The position numbers and the translations under genes were made by a program. Below are positions 1 to 7,591 of a stretch of DNA of 64,000 bases, piece by piece (within the stretch, counting starts at the first letter, position 1; the number at the start of each line of letters is the position of its first letter). Source of the DNA: Prasinococcaceae sp. CCMP 1430 (Eukaryota; Plantae; Prasinodermophyta); contig RQSC01000030.1 in NCBI GenBank assembly GCA_013416795.1, positions 133,760-197,759 of the forward strand. Direction: 5' to 3'. The notes under the pieces are model-generated. The model saw nothing but the letters and a program-made list of their open reading frames with translations. It did no database searches and had not been told where the DNA came from.

Positions 1-960
1 CTTGGACATAGTTTTGGGAATTTTTTGGAATTTGTTTGGACCCTCAAATGTACGGAGGTTACTAGGGTACCCTGGACAATTTTGGGCCAAAAACGGGACG
101 ACGACGAGTGACGAAGACGATGCGCGGACAGCTATGGAGGTCAACGTAATTGGTTGCCGACAGCACATTTTGACGAATTTTCAAACGAAACTTGGTAGAC
201 ACGTTTTCATGTACCTAAACATGTTATTGCCGACGTGGCACAGTGTGTGATATTTCACGTGTATTGGAGGAAAGTTTCGAGCTCTCTCCTTTACTTATAA
301 TGCAAAGAAAAGCTTTATTGCATCATATCAAAATATCCCGACCCTTGCCAGGTCTGGCCGCCATGGAAGGTGGCTAGACAGTGAGGAAACGCAAAGGTAA
401 GCGTGAAAGTTGCGGCACTCCACTTTGTGTCCAAAGTCCAAAGCAATATTGGCCGCTGATCTTGAGATCTACGGCGTCTAGACTATCAGAACAGATAAAG
501 CCAGCCCTTGCCTCACATTGCTCACGAGCAAAGTCTGAAATGACGGCGCCCAGGTACAAACGGCGCGGCGTACAGTACAGAAAGTGTGGCGCGGCGTACA
601 GCCCATATAGAAAAGTGGTATGACGTTGACATGTAGGGACAAAGCCAAAACTACGCCTCCAAGGCTGCGTCAACGACTAGGGACGCGCGGAGCGCGCGCC
701 CTGAAATTCAGCACACAACATTGTTCCACGGAACTACAAATAAATCACCCAAACTGTCCGTCTCCGGACCTGACAATTATGCCAGCACCGTACGGACGCA
801 AATACTACCGTCGTACGCAACAGAAAACTCATGCGGAAAATATTAGCCCACGTAAACCAGCTCGAAAATACTAAGTCCCAAAATGTGACTCGTAGCACAG
901 CACCATGGTCGAGAAAACAGATTCAAACGCATGGCCTGGAAAAGATTTACCACACTATCT
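1..960. other. AT-richer non-coding island, possible degenerate DNA-transposon/foldback remnant
   Basis: Much lower GC than the rest of the window and no ORF with host-like codon bias. Imperfect inverted match between 1-17 (cttggacatagttttgg) and 645-663 (reverse complement cttggaggcgtagttttgg). A 14-bp direct repeat ggcgcggcgtacag sits at 562-575 and 588-601. Confidence 0.25.
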
Positions 961-1230
961 CAGACAAAGCCACAGCGGAGGGACGGAGGGAGAGAGGGAC
1001 GGAGGGACGCCGCCCGGAGAACGGGGCTGGGAGGGGGAGGCGAGCGCGCCTCGCCCGCGCGCAGCAGCGGCGCTGTGGCGCGCAGGCCGCCCCGACGCGC
1101 GTGCTTTCGGATGACCCTTATCCAAAAAAACGCAGCCCGCCAAACCAGCACTCATTTCACATACCACGATACCAGGTACACACCCACCCAACGTTGGCCA
1201 ACCCACCCACCCAACCACCCAACCACCCTC

Positions 1231-1307
1231 GCACACACACGCACGCACACACGCACGCACACACGCACACGCGCACGCACGCGCGCACACACGCACCCTC
1301 CGCACAC

Positions 1308-1353
<46 letters not shown>

Positions 1354-1410
1354 GCACGCACACGCACACACACGCACACGCACACACACGCGCGCACGCG
1401 CACGCACACG
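1231..1410. repeat. (CA)n/(CACG)n microsatellite
   Basis: Visible tract; it produces the spurious HTHT/CVCV ORFs in the ORF track. Confidence 0.9.
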
Positions 1411-1521
1411 CACCCTCCGCGCACCACAGACGGAGCACGCGGCAGCGGCGCGCGGGCGGCGATGGGGAACTGCCTGGGCGGGGGCGGGGGCGGCGGCGGC
1501 GCGGCGGCGTACGCGGCCGGA

Positions 1522-1547
1522 CGGCGGCGGCGGCGGCGGCGGCGGCG
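1522..1547 (+). repeat. (CGG)8 trinucleotide tract immediately 5' of the EMC8/9 ATG
   Basis: cggcggcggcggcggcggcggcggcg directly precedes the ATG at 1548. Confidence 0.9.
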
Positions 1548-1844
1548 ATGGCGGCCGCGGTGGAGGTCTCGCAGCGCGCGTACTGCACGCTCATGCTGCA
1601 CGCGCTCAAGAGGCCGCACGCGGCGTGCAACGGCGTGCTGGTGGGACCCAAGGCGGGCGTCGCGGAGGAGGCTGTGCCGCTCTTCCACAGCGGCCTCGCG
1701 CTCGCGCCGATGCTCGAGGTCGCGCTCGCGCAGGTCGAGGCGCACTACGCGCCCGGCGGGATGCGCGTGGTCGGCTACTACCACGCCAACGAGCGCATGG
1801 GCGACAACAAGCTCGGCGCGGCCGCGCGCGCCATCGCAGAGAAG
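1548..1844 (+). CDS. EMC8/9: ER membrane complex subunit 8/9 (UPF0172, MPN-like), first exon only; 3' part absent
   Basis: [33 protein letters not shown]...[23 protein letters not shown]...[10 protein letters not shown] matches EMC8/9 motifs. The exon ends at donor AAG|gtgtgc (1845). No downstream exon is found before MPS1 sequence begins on the opposite strand. Confidence 0.9.
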
Positions 1845-1950
1845 GTGTGCTCGCGCGCGTGCTCTGCGTCCCGCTTTGTGGCTTCCTGCAACCCGTGCTG
1901 ACGCGCCCCGCGCGTCGCCCCGCCGCGCTCGCCCCGCCGCATCGACGTAC

Positions 1951-3430
1951 GTGTTCATCGCGCTCACAGCACGCGAGGCGATGGCCAGCACGGGTGTCTT
2001 TCCATCCTTGCCGTCGTTGTTGGTGTGCACCTTCTTTTTGGCCTTCCCGAGGCCAGCGCTTTTGCCCGGCGTCATCTGGGCGACGGCGCGAACGCAGCCG
2101 TGCACGCGAGCGCGCGTCAGCTTGGCGCTCGACACACCACTCCGCGCGCTGGGGCGCGGGCCGCGCGAGCACGCACGCACGCACCTTGCGCTTCATTGCA
2201 GCTGCCATCTCCTCGTCGGGATCCTCCGCGATGGGCGAAGGGGTGGCCCCGACGCTAGGCACAGGCGCGGGCGCGGGCAGCTCCTCACCAGGGCGCACGC
2301 GGCGGGCGGGACCGCCCAAGCCTCCGAGGCGGCGCAGGCTACCAGCTTTCTTAGTGCTTGACGTCGGCGCGGGTGTGCTCAACGACGCCGCAGGCCTGGA
2401 GGGCGTCACCATCGCCGTCGCCGTCCGCGCCGCGGGTGAAGGCGCCAATGGAGGGAGCGCCGCGGCTGTCGCGGCCTGCCGCCTGCCGCCGACCCTGTTC
2501 GTGCGAATCATGACGGTGTCATCTTCGGCGTCCGCCGCTTCCGGCACCGGCGCAGGCGCAGTCGCGGTCGCGGTCGCCGGCACCGCCGCGGGTGCGGGGG
2601 CGGGGGCGGCGGGGGGCCTGGCGGCGGTCGCCCCCCTCGCGGCGCGCGGTTTGACAAACACGGTGTCATCGTTGTCGTTCGGGGTGAAACGGGCTGGCGC
2701 GGCGGCCGGGTCAGGCGCACGGCGCGCCCGGCTCGAGCGGCGGCCGCTTGCGGGACGGATGGTGATGGTGTCGTCGCCGTCGATGAGCATTGGCGACGGT
2801 TGCGGCTCGGGTAGCGGCGCGCTCGCCACAGCGGCAACGCGGGAGGGCGTCGCGGCCACCTTTGCGGGCGTGGGGGCATCTGGCGGCCCCTCCACGGTGG
2901 CCCTCGCCAGCACGGAGGGATCGATGGCGCCGCCGCTTTGCAGCTGCGCGCGGGCCTCCTCGATCGCCTCGGCTGGGGCGGCTCCCCTGTCGCTGCCCTT
3001 GCGGAGGATGCCCTCGGCCTTGCCGGTGTTGCCGGCGAAGCTCTCGAGCAACGCCCAGGCGACGTACAGCAGCGCGAATTCCTCGCCAACGTGCTGCGCC
3101 TTGAGGCATCGGAAGGTGTCGCGCGCGTCCTCCTCAGACTCAACCATCTGTTGCAGCGCGTATCCGACCCACAGGCGCAGGTAGTCGGCGTTCTTGCTCA
3201 TGCCGGAGCGCGGGACCGTCTTGACCGCCCAGCCGTACAGGCGCAACAGCTCGGACGGCCGCCCGCCGGTGCCCTCCTCGTGCTCGAGGAAGGCGAGCCA
3301 CGCGCGCGGGCGCGCCGCATCTGACATGAGCGAGGCCGCGAGCGTGGCGCGCTCGGCGGCTGCGGCGCTCTCGTCGGCGTCGCCGTCTGAGCGAGCGCGG
3401 CGGGCGCGCGCGCGGCCGCGAGCGAGCGTC
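1951..3430 (-). CDS. MPS1: MPS1/TTK spindle-checkpoint kinase, N-terminal part (TPR domain plus low-complexity linker); kinase exons missing
   Basis: Exons <=3430..2185 and 2075..1951; intron 2184..2076 is GT-AG; next donor gtacgt at 1950. [85 protein letters not shown] aligns by eye to the TTK TPR domain ([27 protein letters not shown]). Confidence 0.75.
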
Positions 3431-4033
3431 NNNNNNNNNNNNNNNNNNNNNNNNNNNNNNNNNNNNNNNNNNNNNNNNNNNNNNNNNNNNNNNNNNNNNN
3501 NNNNNNNNNNNNNNNNNNNNNNNNNNNNNNNNNNNNNNNNNNNNNNNNNNNNNNNNNNNNNNNNNNNNNNNNNNNNNNNNNNNNNNNNNNNNNNNNNNNN
3601 NNNNNNNNNNNNNNNNNNNNNNNNNNNNNNNNNNNNNNNNNNNNNNNNNNNNNNNNNNNNNNNNNNNNNNNNNNNNNNNNNNNNNNNNNNNNNNNNNNNN
3701 NNNNNNNNNNNNNNNNNNNNNNNNNNNNNNNNNNNNNNNNNNNNNNNNNNNNNNNNNNNNNNNNNNNNNNNNNNNNNNNNNNNNNNNNNNNNNNNNNNNN
3801 NNNNNNNNNNNNNNNNNNNNNNNNNNNNNNNNNNNNNNNNNNNNNNNNNNNNNNNNNNNNNNNNNNNNNNNNNNNNNNNNNNNNNNNNNNNNNNNNNNNN
3901 NNNNNNNNNNNNNNNNNNNNNNNNNNNNNNNNNNNNNNNNNNNNNNNNNNNNNNNNNNNNNNNNNNNNNNNNNNNNNNNNNNNNNNNNNNNNNNNNNNNN
4001 NNNNNNNNNNNNNNNNNNNNNNNNNNNNNNNNN

Positions 4034-5152
4034 GGCGGCGGCGAGGTCGACATGGAGGCGCGGCTGCGCGCGGCCGAGGAGGAGGCCGCGCGGCTGCGCA
4101 AGGAGCTCGAGGCGGTGCAGCAGGAGTCCGGGCAGGGCGGCGACGAGGGGGAGGACGGCCGAGCGGGCGGCGCGTCGCGCATCGTGCCCGCGCCCGCGCC
4201 CCAGAAGCCCAAGCTGCGCTACGACTCGACGGGCTACCGGGAGACCATCTTCGACATGGGCACGGGCATCAAGAAGCCCTCCAAGGAGCTGGGCAACCTG
4301 ATGGGCAACGGCCTCAGCGAGGCCGAGCTCTTCCTCACCAAGGGCGGCGCCAGCCGCGAGGCCATGATGGAGAACGACGTCGACCAGAGCGTCGTGCGGC
4401 GCTACGTGCTCGTGGGCGGCGTGTCGACCGCGGCGTCCGTCGCGCTGTCGTTCTGGCGCTTCCAGCCCAAGCCCAAGTACAGCGCGGACTACTACCTGGA
4501 GCGCGTGTTGATCGCGCAGAGCATGCTGCCGGACCTCGCCGACAGCGCCGCCGACGGCGACTGGGACGGCCTGGTGTACGGCCTCAATCGCCTCACCGGC
4601 GACAAGGGCGGCGCGCTCGACCTGCGCAAGAACCTGCTCGGCGCGGCGGCGACGCTCGACAACGTGGACAAGGTGGACGGCGCCAAGGCGGTCGCGTTCG
4701 ACGCGCTGGGCTTCATCGACAACGCCGACTACCGCGTGTACTTCGACACGCAGGGGCGCGTGCCCGCCGGCCCCGAGGCGATCAAGGCGGCCGCCTTCAC
4801 CGCGGGCAGCCTGCGCGCGGCCAACCGCGAGCTGCAGCGCTTCACGGGCCTCATGACCGCCGAGGCGGTGGCCGCCGCGATGGAGCGCGTGCCCGAGCAG
4901 TACCTCGAGCCGCTGGCGGGCGCGCGCGAGGAGGCGAGGAAGGAGCAGGCCAAGCAGGACGCGGGGCGCGCCGGCAACGACGGCGTCGCCGTCAAGGCCA
5001 GGGACGGCAGGGCCCTCCGTGAGGAGGAGGATGACCTCGCGGCCGCGGTCGCCAGGGTGCAAAACAAGATCGACAACCCGGCGCCCTACGATACGAGCAT
5101 CCTCGAGGAGTCGTGGCGGCTCTCCGAGGAGGCCGACGACGACCTCGAGTGA
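4034..5152 (+). CDS. Putative plastid/thylakoid protein (coiled coil, one TM helix, helical C-terminal domain); 5' end in gap
   Basis: Open frame from the gap to TGA at 5150-5152 with strong G/C-ending codon bias. TM segment RRYVLVGGVSTAASVALSFWRF is followed by a helical domain. Plastid location is an inference. Confidence 0.6.
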   Translation, partial: GGGEVDMEARLRAAEEEAARLRKELEAVQQESGQGGDEGEDGRAGGASRIVPAPAPQKPKLRYDSTGYRETIFDMGTGIKKPSKELGNLMGNGLSEAELFLTKGGASREAMMENDVDQSVVRRYVLVGGVSTAASVALSFWRFQPKPKYSADYYLERVLIAQSMLPDLADSAADGDWDGLVYGLNRLTGDKGGALDLRKNLLGAAATLDNVDKVDGAKAVAFDALGFIDNADYRVYFDTQGRVPAGPEAIKAAAFTAGSLRAANRELQRFTGLMTAEAVAAAMERVPEQYLEPLAGAREEARKEQAKQDAGRAGNDGVAVKARDGRALREEEDDLAAAVARVQNKIDNPAPYDTSILEESWRLSEEADDDLE

Positions 5153-5367
5153 GCGAGCGGCCGTGGCGGAGCGCCGCGCGCGGTAACCTGTGCGTGTGCG
5201 CGTGCACGCGGCCCCTCCGCGCCGCTCGCTCGGGCGCGCGAGCGAGCGAGCGACGCGACTCGACGCGACGCGACGCGTCCTGCGCATGCGCCCGCCCCTC
5301 CGCACCGGCAGAGCTGGGGCGTGGCGACGCCGCGCGCTGCAGGGCGCCCGCGGCCCTCCGCGGCGCG

Positions 5368-6311
5368 CACCAGGGCGACGTGGAGATCGCCAAGAAGCTG
5401 ATCAAGATGGCCAAGGACGTGGGCTGCGACGCCGTCAAGTTCCAGAAGCGCACCGTGGAGCGCATCCTCTCCAAGGAGGGCCTGATGAAGCCGTACGTGA
5501 ACAAGAACTCTTTCGGCCCCACCTACGGCGAGCACAAGCACGCGCTCGAGCTGGGCGAGCCCGAGTGGAACGAGATGAAGAAGTACGCCGACGAGGTCGG
5601 CATCCTCTTCTTCGCGTCGGGCTGGGACGAGGACAGCGTGGACTTCCTCGACCGCGTCGGCTGCCCCTTCTACAAGGTGGCTTCGGCCGACCTCACCAAC
5701 TTCCCGCTGCTGGAGCACACCGCGCGCAAGGGCAAGCCGCTCATCCTCTCGACCGGCATGGCCGAGATGGAGACCGTGCGCACGGCGCTCAAGCTGGTGA
5801 CGCGCTTCGTCGACAAGATCGTGCTGCTGCAGTGCACCTCCACCTACCCGACGAAGGTCAGCGAGACCAACCTGCGCGTGCTGCGCACGTACCAGAAGGA
5901 GTTCCCGCAGTGCGTGATCGGCTACTCCGGCCACGAGAAGGGCCTGCAGATCTCGCTCGCCGCGGTGGCGATGGGCGCCAAGGTCGTCGAGCGCCACATC
6001 ACGCTCGATCGCACCATGAAGGGCGGCGACCACGCGGCTTCGCTCGAGCCCAAGGGCATCGAGACGCTCATTCGTGACATCGCGGTGGTGGAGGAGGCGC
6101 TCGGCTCGTGCGAGAAGAAGCGCATGGAGAGCGAGGCCCCCGTCTTCACCAAGCTCGCGAAGTCGGTCGTGTCGGCGGTCGCGATCCCCAAGGGCACCAC
6201 CATCACGCGCGAGATGATCACCACCAAGGGTCCGGGCAGCGGCATCTCGCCCATGTACATGGACCTCGTGGTGGGCTCCACGGCCACCGAGGACATCCCC
6301 GAGGACGTCGT
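5368..6311 (+). CDS. NANS: Sialic acid (N-acetylneuraminate-9-phosphate) synthase, NeuB/NANS family with C-terminal AFP-like/SAF domain; N-terminal exon and last residues missing
   Basis: HQGDVEIAKKLIKMAKDVGCDAVKFQK..TYGEHK..YKVASADLTNFPLLEHTARKGKPLILSTGM..LLQCTSTYP..IGYSGHEKG..GAKVVERHITLDRTMKGGDHAASLEP..KSVVSAVAIPKGTTITREMIT follows NANS along its whole length. Confidence 0.93.
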
Positions 6312-6318
6312 NNNNNNN

Positions 6319-7104
6319 GCGCGCTCACCGCCTCGCGCGACTGCGCGGTGCGCGTGTGGGCGCTCGGCGGCGAGGGCGACGCGCCGCTGGCGACGCTCGC
6401 GGGGCACACGATGAGCGTGAGCGCCGTCGCCGCGCGTGCGGACGGCGCGCAGTGCGCATCGGGGGGGAGGGACTACACAGTCGCCGTGTGGGACTTGGAG
6501 TGCGCCGAGCGCCTCGCGCACAGCAAGGTGTCGCGCAACATGGTCACCAGCCTCGAGTACGTGCCCGGCGAGGCGCATGCACTGCTGCAGGGCTCGGAGG
6601 ACCTCAGCGTGCGGCTGTGGGACACGCGCGCGATGGGCGGCGCGCCCGCTGCCGAGTACCGCGGCACGTCGGCCAACATCCCGCTCTCGCTCGGCGTGAG
6701 CGCCGACGGCAACTACTTCGCAACGGGCAGCAAGGGCTTCGACGGCGTCGGGTACGCGCGCGACGCCGCGGCCTGCGCGCGAGCGCGCGCGAGCGCGCGA
6801 GCGTCGCCGCCGGGCTTCCATCGCGCGCTTGCACGCTCGCTCACGCCGCTCGGCCGGACGCTCTCGCAGGTGCGAGGTATTCTGGTGGGACCGGCGCATG
6901 GGCGCCGTCGTGCACTCGATGGGGGGGCACTCGATGGCGGTGACCGCCACGCACGTGCACGGCGGCGGCGCGCGGCCCTATGCGGTGACGACGGCCTCCA
7001 CCGACACCACGCTGCGGCTGTGGGACGTAAACTCGGGCGAGGCCGGCGCGTGCGCCGGCGAGCACAGCCTGCCGTCGTCGCCCGCGCGGCCGCTCAGCGC
7101 GGCG
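6319..7104 (+). CDS. WDR31: WD40-repeat protein, WDR31-like (internal fragment)
   Basis: Exons 6319-6751 and 6870-7104; intron 6752-6869 gtacgc..cgcag. SRNMVTSLEYVPGEAHALLQGSEDLSVRLWDTR..GSKGFDGVG|CEVFWWDRR matches the WDR31 pattern (SEDKTLRLWD..NGFGGEGCEATLWDLR). Confidence 0.75.
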
Positions 7105-7162
7105 NTTAGCGTGTGTGGGCGGAAGCGTCGGAGAGGCGCACGCGCTCGTGCCCCGCACGCAC

Positions 7163-7264
7163 CGTGAACACCCTGTCGAGCACGGGCGGAGCGGGGGCAT
7201 CGAAGGTGGACGCGCCGGCGCCCGCCACCAGCGCAGCGATGAGAGCGCTCCCCGCGCGTGGCAT
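7163..7264 (-). CDS. First exon of a putative secreted protein; remainder lost at the N at 7105
   Basis: ATG 7264 gives MPRAGSALIAALVAGAGASTFDAPAPPVLDRVFT, followed by donor gtgcgt at 7162. The N-terminus is hydrophobic and signal-peptide-like. Confidence 0.45.
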
Positions 7265-7591
7265 ATCTCCCTTCTCCTGCCCTCACGCCCCCGGCTCGGC
7301 CGGCCCGCCGCGCATGCGGCGGTGGCCGCGGTGCGGGCGCGGAGTGCCGCGCGCGGCGCATGCGTTCGTGGCGCGCCGCGAGCTCGTGGCACTGCGCTGC
7401 GCGGCGGCACGCGGGGCGTGGGCTCGGGCGCTCGGATGCTACAGGGGCGCAGGCACTGTGTCTGCGCGCGCGTGTTCAGGGCTGGGCCGTAGTACTCGCA
7501 CTCGCTGTGCACACTGACAATGTGACTGAATGTGTTGGGACACGTTTACATCACGAGACGCGCAGCCTGCGCTCCACCCCGTGAGAGCTGG

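Noticed and set aside
831-2361. Long ORFs 831-1901 and 931-2361 and their antisense CVCV ORFs
   Set aside because: They read through CA microsatellite and introns; only 1548-1844 has family motifs.
5309-5373. AELG..HQGD read as an insertion within the NANS AEIGQNHQGD motif
   Set aside because: No GT-AG pair restores the motif in frame, and the codons are atypical for this gene; likely coincidence.
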